From a virus (lineage: Duplodnaviria > Caudoviricetes): 43,807 nt of DNA. How positions within the stretch are numbered: position 1 is the stretch's first letter; every line of letters begins with the position of its first letter. The position numbers and the translations under genes are program-made. The notes beneath the pieces are model-generated. The model had not been told where the DNA came from. It saw only the letters and a list, made by a program, of their open reading frames with translations, and searched no databases. Location of the stretch: positions 1-43,807 of the IMG/VR virus record IMGVR_UViG_3300033146_001939, one strand, 5' to 3'. Positions 34,921-43,630 of the stretch are shown here, one piece after another.

Positions 34921-35913
34921 TTATTTTTTTAATGAACTAAAGAAAGCTTCATCATCATCTAAACTTGTGTCTTCGGTTGGTTCTGGTTCTGGTTCTGTTG
35001 TTCCAGACTCTGTTGCTGGTTCAGCATCAACCGGATCTGTTTTTTCATCCTCTTTCTCACCTTCTTCTGATTCCATAAAGTGGCCACCAGTTTCATCTCC
35101 TTGTGCTTGACCAGATTCTTCCTCAACAAGTGGAGTTGCTCCGAGTAAATGTCCGACCTGCTTAATAGTTTCTTCAACAGTTGGGAAATTCTTAGGATCA
35201 GTGAATTCGTCAAGAAGATGTACTTGCTCCATGATAGCATCAAGTTCCTCGTCGTCGTTCGTGATCGGACGTGGATTACTAAAACTTGAAGAGTCATAGT
35301 TTGGCACAGGGTCTTTGGCGATTTCAGCATCAACGATTTTCAGTTTGAAATCAGCGCCCTCGAAAAGATCGTAAGGCATGAATTCTTGAAAATCTTGATC
35401 CTCGAGATCTGTTTCAGACGGGAACATTTGATTATCGATTTTCTTAAAGATACGATATCCAAACTTATAAAGAAATACTTTACCATTATTTTCTGGTTCA
35501 AACGGATCATTCACGATCAGAATATTTGAGACCCAGTGTTGTTTACGCTTGCGCTGCTTGGCGATTTCTTTATCAGATTCATAGGCAGAATCATAATATT
35601 CGCTATTTTTAGCACAAATTGGACACTTAGGATCCCAACCGAAAGTAGAGATACAGTTGTTGATGTACCACTTTTTACCAGAACCATCAGTGTTCGCATA
35701 TTTGAAACTGTGGCTGTAATAATGTGTGTAGGGAGTACCTTCAGGATCAGGAAGAAAGCGGAAAGTATAGAATTTCTTCTTTTCAATCGCCATTTTCCAG
35801 TTTGGAACAAAGAATCGGTCGTCTTTATAAGACTTGGTTTTACTTTCTTTTTCTTTTTCGATGTCGTTCTTGATATCTTGCCAATTGAACTTGTTTTTCC
35901 ATTTACTAGCCAT
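34921..35913 (-). CDS. single-stranded DNA-binding protein gp32
   Basis: D.RF, RFLP, H.F, WYI.NC..T...CP.C, KRK....NIL...DP..PENNGKVF..KFG..I, GADFKLK, NYD.S.F, acidic tail. Confidence 0.95.
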   Translation of the reverse strand: MASKWKNKFNWQDIKNDIEKEKESKTKSYKDDRFFVPNWKMAIEKKKFYTFRFLPDPEGTPYTHYYSHSFKYANTDGSGKKWYINNCISTFGWDPKCPICAKNSEYYDSAYESDKEIAKQRKRKQHWVSNILIVNDPFEPENNGKVFLYKFGYRIFKKIDNQMFPSETDLEDQDFQEFMPYDLFEGADFKLKIVDAEIAKDPVPNYDSSSFSNPRPITNDDEELDAIMEQVHLLDEFTDPKNFPTVEETIKQVGHLLGATPLVEEESGQAQGDETGGHFMESEEGEKEDEKTDPVDAEPATESGTTEPEPEPTEDTSLDDDEAFFSSLKK

Positions 35914-35930
35914 AATTTTTCTCCTTGGTG

Positions 35931-35977
35931 GGGCTATCGACCCTCAGTGAGTGTTGTTAATAATGGGCTTTCAACCC
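35931..35977 (-). promoter_or_regulatory. two similar hairpins GGGT(T/C)GA(A/T)AGCCC in the gp32 5' leader
   Basis: Copies at 35965-35977 and 35931-35943; the second lies just upstream of the AAGGAG SD. Confidence 0.55.
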
Positions 35978-35993
35978 ATAAACCTTATATAGT

Positions 35994-36001
35994 TATTTAT
36001 A
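35994..36001 (-). promoter_or_regulatory. T4-type late promoter TATAAATA upstream of gp32
   Basis: Exact motif overlapping the DHH gene stop codon. Confidence 0.65.
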
Positions 36002-36965
36002 TAAAATAGAGATTATCAAGGTTTTCCATGAAGCCCTCAAAAACCTCCTCGAGTGAATGTGTGCTTGGTATAACGAAGCCAGCAGCACCTTTATGACCGC
36101 CGCCTTTTGGGCTTTTGAAAATAGTGCTCATCCCAGCCGCTATCTTATCAGCATCAAAATATGAATTTCTAGATCGAATACTAAATTTATAGATTCCATT
36201 TTTCTCATAAGCAAAAATTAAGAACAGATCAGCTTCATAATTCAGCGTGTACAGATTCGTGTACTTTCCCTCGGGATTAAACGAAACAAGTAATTTTCTA
36301 TCTTTAGCTAAATCGAGAATAGTAGCATATTTTTCATTACGATCAAAATACTCTTTCTGTTCGGTGGTTTTTCTTATGACAATTTCTTTTAATTTTTCTG
36401 ACCAGACCAAACCATTAAACGTTTCATCGAAAAATTTATGAAAACCTAATTCCCAGAATGTTTCATTTAATCCAAAGCCTTCGTTAAATTTTTCTTCGTC
36501 TAGTTTCCACTCATCGTAACAATCTACACATTCAACGAACAGATCAAGTTCATCAGTAGTTGGGATGCCATGTTCTCTTGCTAGATCATAACATAGTTGA
36601 GTGGCGGAATATCCTTTTCTCCAACGATACTCGAATTTTGACGGATGTAGATATTTAAGACCTTCTAATCCTTTCCGACCATCTTCACGCTCATGGTGAT
36701 CAACGTAAAGAATTTTCTTAACTTGATGATAATCAGTTAAAAGCTTTTTAAGGAAAGATGTTTGTACTCTGACGTCAGTGATGATTAGAAGTGTGTCCTC
36801 TTGAGAAGAAGAAACTTCATTAGAAATAATCTGCTCGGTGTCGTTATAAGAAACAGTTGTGCGATGAACTTTACCTAAGCCCAACTTTTCTTTAAACAAG
36901 TGTTTAATTATAACAGCACAACCGGCGCCGTCCATATCATGATGTGTAATATTTTTTATAAGCAT
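35997..36965 (-). CDS. DHH/DHHA1 family phosphoesterase (NrnA/NrnB-like)
   Basis: H.D.DG, ITD, VDHH, SA, D..D.W, S.RS and GGGH..AAG motifs. Confidence 0.9.
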   Translation of the reverse strand: MLIKNITHHDMDGAGCAVIIKHLFKEKLGLGKVHRTTVSYNDTEQIISNEVSSSQEDTLLIITDVRVQTSFLKKLLTDYHQVKKILYVDHHEREDGRKGLEGLKYLHPSKFEYRWRKGYSATQLCYDLAREHGIPTTDELDLFVECVDCYDEWKLDEEKFNEGFGLNETFWELGFHKFFDETFNGLVWSEKLKEIVIRKTTEQKEYFDRNEKYATILDLAKDRKLLVSFNPEGKYTNLYTLNYEADLFLIFAYEKNGIYKFSIRSRNSYFDADKIAAGMSTIFKSPKGGGHKGAAGFVIPSTHSLEEVFEGFMENLDNLYFI

Positions 36966-36971
36966 AGAAAT

Positions 36972-36999
36972 ATTATATCATACTTTCTTAGTTTGTCAA
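36972..36999 (-). promoter_or_regulatory. sigma70-type promoter TTGACA-N16-TATAAT with TG extension
   Basis: Consensus boxes; ATG 36965 follows the -10 box after 6 nt. Confidence 0.75.
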
Positions 37000-37003
37000 C
37001 AGT

Positions 37004-37240
37004 TTAAAGATCATTTTCTTTAAAAAAATCATCAAGTGTGCATTCGATTTTGCGGTTCGGGAAATAATTATTCTTAATAAATTCCACTTCGATTTTCTTC
37101 TTAAGATTAGAATCGATGTTATCTACAATTTCCTCGACCTCAATTTCATGATGCACAGCAAAGTCTAGAACGGTTTCAATATAAGTTTCTATATTATTGT
37201 CCTGTTTGAAACGTTCAATTAACAGATTAATTCCGTCCAT
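37004..37240 (-). CDS. late transcription coactivator gp33-like
   Basis: IE......Y.E.VL.F....IE.E.I...I...LK.KI..E....N pattern; near gp32 as in T4; TATAAATA promoters present. Confidence 0.7.
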   Translation of the reverse strand: MDGINLLIERFKQDNNIETYIETVLDFAVHHEIEVEEIVDNIDSNLKKKIEVEFIKNNYFPNRKIECTLDDFFKENDL

Positions 37241-37491
37241 TAAAGTTCACCACCTTCTAAAAAACGTTTCTTCACGTCTTCTCTGAAGAAGTCAGCAACC
37301 TCACCTTTTTGCGCTGATGTTAAAGTTATTTCCGGATCGAAATAATAATTAATACTAATTTGCCCTTTGCCAATTATCTCAAGCTCTGCGATAAAATCCA
37401 CATTGATGCCATTCTCGTTATAATTAGCAGCAATCTGATTATCTTTAGTGATTACTAACTGGTGTGTTTTTGTGTCGCGTTTAAATCCCAT
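37240..37491 (-). CDS. hypothetical protein
   Basis: Start MGFKRD at 37491 has an AAGG SD (track start 37512); stop coupled to the gp33 ATG. Confidence 0.6.
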   Translation of the reverse strand: MGFKRDTKTHQLVITKDNQIAANYNENGINVDFIAELEIIGKGQISINYYFDPEITLTSAQKGEVADFFREDVKKRFLEGGEL

Positions 37492-37973
37492 TTTTCTACC
37501 TTTATTCCACAATCTTTCAGAAAAGTTAATGGATATGAGTCTCTATCATATTCTACTAAATAGACTACCCGCTTTATACCAGATTGGATAATAGCTTTTG
37601 CACAATCCATGCATGGGCTGATAGTCGTGTATATTGTGCCCTCATTAACTGGTATACCATTCTTTGCACACATTAAAATAGCGTTTTGTTCAGCATGAAC
37701 TTCATGCTTGCTCCATAGGCCGTGGTCATGTCTGAAAGTAAGATCATCTCGAGCTCTGGAATCATCTTTGAAATGATAATCGCAGTTAACGTAACCTGCT
37801 GGAGTACCATTATAACCAGTAGATATCACACGATTATCTCTCGTTATAACGGCACCAACTTGGACTCTTACACAATGGGAGAGATTAGCTAAAGACTCTG
37901 CGAAATCCATAAATGTTTTGTCTAAACGTTCTTGCTTAGATAATTCTTCCATCCAAAATTCAGTTTTATGCAT
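37455..37973 (-). CDS. cd: dCMP deaminase
   Basis: S.C...VGAVI, TGYNG.P.G, HAEQNAI, SPC..CAK. Confidence 0.95.
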   Translation of the reverse strand: MHKTEFWMEELSKQERLDKTFMDFAESLANLSHCVRVQVGAVITRDNRVISTGYNGTPAGYVNCDYHFKDDSRARDDLTFRHDHGLWSKHEVHAEQNAILMCAKNGIPVNEGTIYTTISPCMDCAKAIIQSGIKRVVYLVEYDRDSYPLTFLKDCGIKVEKWDLNATQKHTS

Positions 37974-38633
37974 TTAAAGCTCCTCTACAAACTTAAAGTG
38001 CCGCTCATAAACATGTAAACTGCCAGCATTCCAATAAATGTCACCCATTGGAACTCGAAGATCTTTTGCTAATTTATAAAGAACATATTTCTGCCAGCTA
38101 TAATCGTTGTTAAACCCAAATACCGCATCGTTCGATCTCATTTGAACCACGGCATGAAGTTGTTCATCTCGAATAAGATACTGCACAGCATTTGTGCACA
38201 TGAAATCTGACATTCCATTAGAATCATATTCGTTCCACATAGACGGGCGATTATAAATCATTAAACCACGTCTAGAATAACGATGCGCTAAAAGTTCTTG
38301 GAGTACATTCTCATATTGCTGATCGTTTTCTTTTGAGAAAATACACCAACCATAATTTGAATTAATAAATCCATCTTTATCAGCAACCTGTTTCCAAATT
38401 ATTGGAACTGGCGGAACGATATCGAAGACGTTCAGAGATTGTGAGTTATACCAATCAATTTCTCGTTTAATATATTCTTCATTCTCTTTACGTAATATCC
38501 AAGACTCGTCAGCAATAAAAGATGCTCCAACAATCTCAAGCATCTTTACCCCAGATTTATCGATAACGAAATCTTTAGCTAATAATTTTGATTTAAAAAT
38601 CTTACGAACATGTTGAATTTTCATTTCAGTCAT
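37974..38633 (-). CDS. dCMP hydroxymethylase (T4 gp42-like, thymidylate synthase fold)
   Basis: DFVIDKSGVK..EI.GASF.ADE, YI.RE..WY, NSNYGW, SRRG.MIY.RPSM, GMSDFMCTN.VQYLIR, MRSND.VFGF.NDY.WQ and GSLHVY.RHF closely follow T4 gp42; Asp at the dCMP-specificity position. Confidence 0.9.
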   Translation of the reverse strand: MTEMKIQHVRKIFKSKLLAKDFVIDKSGVKMLEIVGASFIADESWILRKENEEYIKREIDWYNSQSLNVFDIVPPVPIIWKQVADKDGFINSNYGWCIFSKENDQQYENVLQELLAHRYSRRGLMIYNRPSMWNEYDSNGMSDFMCTNAVQYLIRDEQLHAVVQMRSNDAVFGFNNDYSWQKYVLYKLAKDLRVPMGDIYWNAGSLHVYERHFKFVEEL

Positions 38634-38655
38634 TCATAATACCTCCATTTATGTA

Positions 38656-38683
38656 ATTATATCATATTTTTCTAATTCGTCAA
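38656..38683 (-). promoter_or_regulatory. sigma70-type promoter TTGACG-N16-TATAAT (TG extension)
   Basis: Upstream of the gp42-like gene and its GGAGG SD. Confidence 0.65.
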
Positions 38684-38917
38684 CTTCTTGGAAAATTCGA
38701 TCATTTGAGTGTCATGGTCAGCCCACAGCTCATTAATCTCATATTCTGAGTTCACAAGTAGCATATCAATATCTTCTCGGCAGTCGAGTATTTCATCATA
38801 ATTTTCTTTAGATGTCCGGTCGCCAGTATCAATTCGTACGTAAAATTCGCCAGATGAAATCATTAGTTCTCCACCATGAAATTCGGCGATTTGGAGTAGT
38901 TCTTCAGGATAATCCAT
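38672..38917 (-). CDS. hypothetical acidic protein (81 aa)
   Basis: Translationally coupled (TAATG); AAGGA SD. Confidence 0.7.
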   Translation of the reverse strand: MDYPEELLQIAEFHGGELMISSGEFYVRIDTGDRTSKENYDEILDCREDIDMLLVNSEYEINELWADHDTQMIEFSKKLTN

Positions 38918-39195
38918 TAGTTTTTCCTTTCGTGTTTGAATATTACAAATTCTCTAAATTTTCTGAAATATGGGAAATCCCGCACAGTCGACACGATGTA
39001 AATTAAAAGCATAAAGGTAGCGACTGGGCCAGCAAAAGCTAAAACTGCGAATTTAGTTAGATCAGCTAAACTCAGAATATAACTTTTCTGCTCAGTGATG
39101 ATATAATCATACCACTCACCAAACCCTATACTAACTAATCCAAGAAAATACCATGCAACAAAAATCAAAATCCAGAGTGTCATTAGTGTCTCCAT
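38917..39195 (-). CDS. small membrane protein (2 TM)
   Basis: Two hydrophobic segments; WYFLGL...GP motif. Confidence 0.65.
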   Translation of the reverse strand: METLMTLWILIFVAWYFLGLVSIGFGEWYDYIITEQKSYILSLADLTKFAVLAFAGPVATFMLLIYIVSTVRDFPYFRKFREFVIFKHERKN

Positions 39196-39413
39196 CTAAA
39201 AAGTAATTTGTGACCGTGAGTATCAAGAAGGTAAAATATCGGCAGAAATATAGTTATAGGGCCGAGAACAGAAGCAACTAAAATTCCCACGAATTCTAGC
39301 AAAGTAACACTGTTCTCTGTTTTATAGAAAAATACACCTAGAACCGCCAGACCAATAAAGTACCACATAACCCCAGCAAAATACCAAGAAACAAAAGAAA
39401 TCATTTCGTTCAT
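39183..39413 (-). CDS. small membrane protein (2 TM)
   Basis: Two hydrophobic segments; WYFIGL...GP motif. Confidence 0.65.
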   Translation of the reverse strand: MNEMISFVSWYFAGVMWYFIGLAVLGVFFYKTENSVTLLEFVGILVASVLGPITIFLPIFYLLDTHGHKLLFRWRH

Positions 39414-39415
39414 TT

Positions 39416-40138
39416 TTACTCCAATTCGACGACTTTATGATAGAGACAAGACCACTGATCCATGAATGGATCGTCCCTATTCTCGTGATAGTGCCCAAAG
39501 AACCAACGTTTGAATGTGACTTGTGATTCTTGCTTAAACCGACTCAAACGCTCTTCGGAATGATCCGGTTGCCAGTATTGCATTAAATTCATTGGCATTG
39601 CGAATTTTGCCCATTCAACTGGACAACAATGTGATAGAATGTAATCAAACTCGAATAACGCATCTTCAGTTGCTTGTTTAGCTTGCTCAACCTCTGCGTC
39701 GGTGATTTCCTCACGTTTCCACATGGACTCTCCCCATTTTCTATGCTCACGATCATGGGAATGAGCACCACCAAATGCTAAGATCTTTCTCCCAGCAATT
39801 CTGTAGAAAACAGCTCTTCTAAGGTGGAAAACAGAATGCCCAGCAACACCAACAAGACTACCAAACATTTCCTTATCTTGAAGATTATCGATTAAATCGA
39901 AGTTCTCGTGGTTGCCATCAATAAAGAGTGTAGTCCATGGTTGGTCATCGAGCCATTTAAGATTATGTTCTTCTTCTTTGGTGCGTTTATAGGACCAGAA
40001 TAGTCCAAAGTCACCTAAGATTATGACGAAATCTTTTTTAGTTAAAGATTTCCCTTCTGGGAAGTGACGACCTGAGAGAGATATTTGTGGATTTCCGTGA
40101 ATATCTCCAGTAACAAAAAGTCTTTGCGCTTTTTTCAT
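39416..40138 (-). CDS. calcineurin-like metallophosphoesterase
   Basis: GDIHG, LGDFG, DGNHE, SH and FGHYH motifs. Confidence 0.9.
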   Translation of the reverse strand: MKKAQRLFVTGDIHGNPQISLSGRHFPEGKSLTKKDFVIILGDFGLFWSYKRTKEEEHNLKWLDDQPWTTLFIDGNHENFDLIDNLQDKEMFGSLVGVAGHSVFHLRRAVFYRIAGRKILAFGGAHSHDREHRKWGESMWKREEITDAEVEQAKQATEDALFEFDYILSHCCPVEWAKFAMPMNLMQYWQPDHSEERLSRFKQESQVTFKRWFFGHYHENRDDPFMDQWSCLYHKVVELE

Positions 40139-40166
40139 AAATCCTCATTTATTTAATTGATATGCT

Positions 40167-40195
40167 ATTATAACAAATTCTTGGTGATAAGTAAA
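40167..40195 (-). promoter_or_regulatory. sigma70-type promoter TTTACT-N17-TATAAT (TG extension)
   Basis: Intergenic, upstream of the metallophosphoesterase gene. Confidence 0.65.
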
Positions 40196-40198
40196 GGT

Positions 40199-40342
40199 TT
40201 ATTGCTTCCCTATCTGATAACCAATATCATAAGCATAATATTTTTCGTACTCATCAAAAAAATCAAATGGGTTTCTATTCTTTATTTGCGCCTGAGCATC
40301 TAACACGCCGTCATTAAATTCTTTAGTAAGGTGCAGCGCCAT
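40199..40342 (-). CDS. small protein (47 aa; MALHLTKEFNDGVLDAQAQIKNRNPFDFFDEYEKYYAYDIGYQIGKQ)
   Basis: Not in track; fills the gap between 40378 and the promoter; an in-frame GTG at 40375 is an alternative start. Confidence 0.55.
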   Translation of the reverse strand: MALHLTKEFNDGVLDAQAQIKNRNPFDFFDEYEKYYAYDIGYQIGKQ

Positions 40343-40377
40343 TGCTGCACCTTTTGGTATTAATGCATGTCTCACAG

Positions 40378-41097
40378 TTAATCTTCTTCTTCAACGTCCG
40401 GTTCATGTGTGAACGGCTTGAGAGCTTCATCAATCGCGTTACGAGTATCTTCGATTTTTTGAAGGTCGGTTTGGATATCTTTACCAAGTTTTTCTTTAAC
40501 GGTGAAATCCAGTGCTTTCTTGAATCCAGCAGGTGCCTGATTAAATCTAAAACAAGCTTCTTCAGAAACAGCTTCGACATATTTGTTAATTTTAACTATG
40601 TCATCTTCTGTGTTTTTAGCATGGTCCATGAGCATCTTGAGAGTTTCAACACCAGAATAAGGTAGTTCCTCACCGAAAAATTCAATGTCCCAGAGCTTGG
40701 TGATTTTATCTGAGTTATTGAGATTTTTATGATTTTCATATTTGTTGTTAATCGGCTCAATCTTTACACCAGCTTCAGCAAAATATTTCTGGAGGTTTTC
40801 ACCTAAGCCTAGACCAAACATGAGTTCAACCATAGCACTGATCTGCTTCCTAAATCCTTCCATCTTTGCTTTAGAATCAGGATTAGGAATACCAGCTTGG
40901 TAGTACATCAGTTTTTTCGCAAATTCAAATTTGGAAGTATCTGATTCTTCAAAAATCAGTTTCCATAATTTCTTCTGCCGAGATTTAGCGGGATTGAATA
41001 ACTCACGGATCTCCATTTTAGCTAATGCAGCAGTTTCCAGAGCGTCTTCATAAGAATCCAAATCAGGAATTTCTACAATATTAGTTTCTTCAGCCAT
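40378..41097 (-). CDS. hypothetical protein (239 aa)
   Basis: AAGGA SD; helical and acidic; no recognised family. Confidence 0.8.
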   Translation of the reverse strand: MAEETNIVEIPDLDSYEDALETAALAKMEIRELFNPAKSRQKKLWKLIFEESDTSKFEFAKKLMYYQAGIPNPDSKAKMEGFRKQISAMVELMFGLGLGENLQKYFAEAGVKIEPINNKYENHKNLNNSDKITKLWDIEFFGEELPYSGVETLKMLMDHAKNTEDDIVKINKYVEAVSEEACFRFNQAPAGFKKALDFTVKEKLGKDIQTDLQKIEDTRNAIDEALKPFTHEPDVEEED

Positions 41098-41109
41098 AAT
41101 CTTTTCCTT

Positions 41110-41373
41110 TTAGTTAATAGTTTTATCGGAAATTTTCACAGAATTTTCAGTGAATTTATCCAGATCTTGTTTTAAACACATGACGTTACAATAAGCATTT
41201 CTGCTTTTATCACCAGCAACAAATTTGGTTCGGCATGTTTTCTGCATCGGAGTATTATCACCCCATTGCTGTTCACGAACCCACCTCATGTCAGCCATCA
41301 TAACGATATTTTTTTCTTTAAACAGATTTTTCCCGCAAAATGCGCAGGTTACACTAGTTTCGGCAATCGACAT
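41110..41373 (-). CDS. small zinc-finger-like protein
   Basis: CAFCGK ... YCNVMC (CxxC...CxxxC); GGAG SD. Confidence 0.65.
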   Translation of the reverse strand: MSIAETSVTCAFCGKNLFKEKNIVMMADMRWVREQQWGDNTPMQKTCRTKFVAGDKSRNAYCNVMCLKQDLDKFTENSVKISDKTIN

Positions 41374-41389
41374 ATTTCACTCCATAAAA

Positions 41390-41941
41390 TTATTCAAATA
41401 ATGTTTTCTTAACCATGTCCCAGACAATATTTTCATCTCGGCCGGCAATATCAATCAAGTTCTTATGAGAGATAATTGAACGATCATGAGTCTCAACGAA
41501 CAAGTCGATTTCTTTCTGTTTCATGCTTTTATCGATCGAGAATGATTGGCCATCATCGCGGTCAATCATTTTCATAGAAGAATCAACGAATGTGATTAAC
41601 CGAAAACCATAGATGTCATGAGGTTTAATCAGTTGTTTTTCTATTTCAAAAACATAATCACCAGATTTATTTCTGTAGAGTGGTCCATAGACATTCTCGC
41701 CGAGCCAACTACGATCAAGAATCACGTCATAAATATCAGCATCGCTCCACTTGATGACGTCTTTCATAATTTTATAGTAATACATTTCTGAGAATGATCT
41801 GCTTTTACCATTTACTGGTAAACCAAAATTGGTACAATGAATATTTAGCGGCCAACGATGTCTTGAAGCTAATTCTTTATTTAGCTTAGAAATCTGAGTG
41901 GATTTCCCGCAATTATCTGGACCTTCAAAAACATAAATCAT
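41390..41941 (-). CDS. deoxynucleoside monophosphate kinase (thymidylate kinase-like)
   Basis: FEGPDNCGKST P-loop and ILDRSWLGE.VYG motif. Confidence 0.85.
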   Translation of the reverse strand: MIYVFEGPDNCGKSTQISKLNKELASRHRWPLNIHCTNFGLPVNGKSRSFSEMYYYKIMKDVIKWSDADIYDVILDRSWLGENVYGPLYRNKSGDYVFEIEKQLIKPHDIYGFRLITFVDSSMKMIDRDDGQSFSIDKSMKQKEIDLFVETHDRSIISHKNLIDIAGRDENIVWDMVKKTLFE

Positions 41942-41960
41942 GTTTATCTCCTATTTAACT

Positions 41961-41989
41961 ATTATAATACGTTTTTAATGAATTGTCAA
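41961..41989 (-). promoter_or_regulatory. consensus sigma70 promoter TTGACA-N17-TATAAT
   Basis: Perfect boxes upstream of the AGGAG SD of the kinase. Confidence 0.8.
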
Positions 41990-41992
41990 TAT

Positions 41993-43630
41993 TTAAAAAA
42001 TCAGGCGATCTTTAAACCAATTTGGTAAATTATTTTTATCGAGTCTATAGAAATACTCCATCGACTCGTCTAAAATATAAGTCAAACAATAATCATCATC
42101 AGATCTAGTAGCACGGCCGCTGGCTTGCATGATTTCTTGCCACATTTTGTTTCTGTACCATGTGTTAGAAATCTTCATCTTAGCCTTCACGCGTGGGTCA
42201 CCAAGGGACAAGAACGGAAGTTTAATAATTATCTGAAACCTAGCAAGATCATCATCTAATGATATACCAGTGCCCATAGACGGGCTTAACAGCACAGTTG
42301 GTTTTTTCGACTGCTCGTGTTTCTCAAGAAGTACATTATTCTTAACTGGATATCTGTTAATATTTCTATGAAGTAGTCTATGAGCGTGCAAAGATCTTTT
42401 CGCGATGTACTCAGTTATTTTGTAATTAGTAGAATGAATAATCCCTTTATCATCTTTATGTTCATTTAGTAAAGAATCAATAACCTTAAGCGCTTTTGGA
42501 AGAGTATTATCAATTTCCGTGTAATTAAATTTACCAACAGAAATATGAATAATCGGTGAATCCTCTTCATCGAATGTAGTATCCACTTCTACGTAGTTAC
42601 AATCGCTCATAGAAATTCCAAGCTCTTTAGAAAATTCTTTGGGGTCACCGATAGTGGCTGACATGAAAAGAAATTTATGAGCAGCACCAGCATCACACAA
42701 TGGACCAAACAAACCTTCTGCTTTAAGTGGTGTGACCGTTAAGACATTTTCTTTGCTTGAAATTATCCACCTATACTCTTCACATGTGCCCACGTAAATA
42801 CCAATTTTCTTATAGATCTTATCAATTTTATCAGATTTATAGATTAAATCTTTTACTTTCTTTTTAACTTTATCCGGCAGAGCTGCTATATCACGATCGC
42901 TCGAGTCAGTGGAAATCCCATTATCTAAATAGATAGTTTCAACGCTTCTTTCATATTCTAGTTTTTTATCACTAAGCGCTTGGTAAATTGATTCGACTAT
43001 TTTCACGTTTTCTTCATCAGAACCAACGAAAATCCATGACATATCATAAACATCATACTCAGCCTGAAGTTCTTCTGGATCTAGTTTAAACTCAGCAAAA
43101 TTGATGAGCTGGTTTTCAAGAATATGCGCTTCGTCAGCAATCAATAATGAACGAGGGTCAATTTCTGCGAACGGGCCACACAGTCTAGAGAAGAGGAAAT
43201 ATGTGTAATTAGTTACGATATTTCTTGAAGCTAAAGCTTTCTTTTTCTGGTTGATGTAAGGACAGATACCACGCATTGCGCATTTCTTAATGATGTGCTT
43301 AAAGGTCGTGCATGGGGCGTCGGCGGCGGTCATGGTGGGATTTATTCCACACTTATAATTCCCTCGGCCTCTTAAATCTTCAATGTCTCCTTCACCGTTA
43401 ATATATTGGTCTTGAAGTTGTTTTGTATGAGTAAGAATAAAAGAATTACCAGCAGCATAAGCAGCGGCCATAGCTATAAATTGTTTACCAACTCCGGTGG
43501 GAGCAGAAACGATATGATATCTCTTCGACCAATTTTTAGCGATCAGCTCAGCCGCTTTGACCTGGGAAGGCCTAGCGACTAATCTGTTCAGTTTATACCA
43601 CTCTAACTGTTTCTTAAGAATATCTCCCAT
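41993..43630 (-). CDS. DinG/XPD-family SF2 helicase with Fe-S cysteines
   Basis: RPSQ, APTGVGK, LQDQY, GR.NY.C..C..C..CPY, DEAH, MSAT, GI...D, K.PF, Q..GR..R..DD. Confidence 0.9.
   Translation of the reverse strand: MGDILKKQLEWYKLNRLVARPSQVKAAELIAKNWSKRYHIVSAPTGVGKQFIAMAAAYAAGNSFILTHTKQLQDQYINGEGDIEDLRGRGNYKCGINPTMTAADAPCTTFKHIIKKCAMRGICPYINQKKKALASRNIVTNYTYFLFSRLCGPFAEIDPRSLLIADEAHILENQLINFAEFKLDPEELQAEYDVYDMSWIFVGSDEENVKIVESIYQALSDKKLEYERSVETIYLDNGISTDSSDRDIAALPDKVKKKVKDLIYKSDKIDKIYKKIGIYVGTCEEYRWIISSKENVLTVTPLKAEGLFGPLCDAGAAHKFLFMSATIGDPKEFSKELGISMSDCNYVEVDTTFDEEDSPIIHISVGKFNYTEIDNTLPKALKVIDSLLNEHKDDKGIIHSTNYKITEYIAKRSLHAHRLLHRNINRYPVKNNVLLEKHEQSKKPTVLLSPSMGTGISLDDDLARFQIIIKLPFLSLGDPRVKAKMKISNTWYRNKMWQEIMQASGRATRSDDDYCLTYILDESMEYFYRLDKNNLPNWFKDRLIF

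Noticed and set aside
37974-38633. Ordinary thymidylate synthase ThyA
   Set aside because: Lacks the PCH motif and the Asn specificity residue; motifs follow dCMP hydroxymethylase instead.
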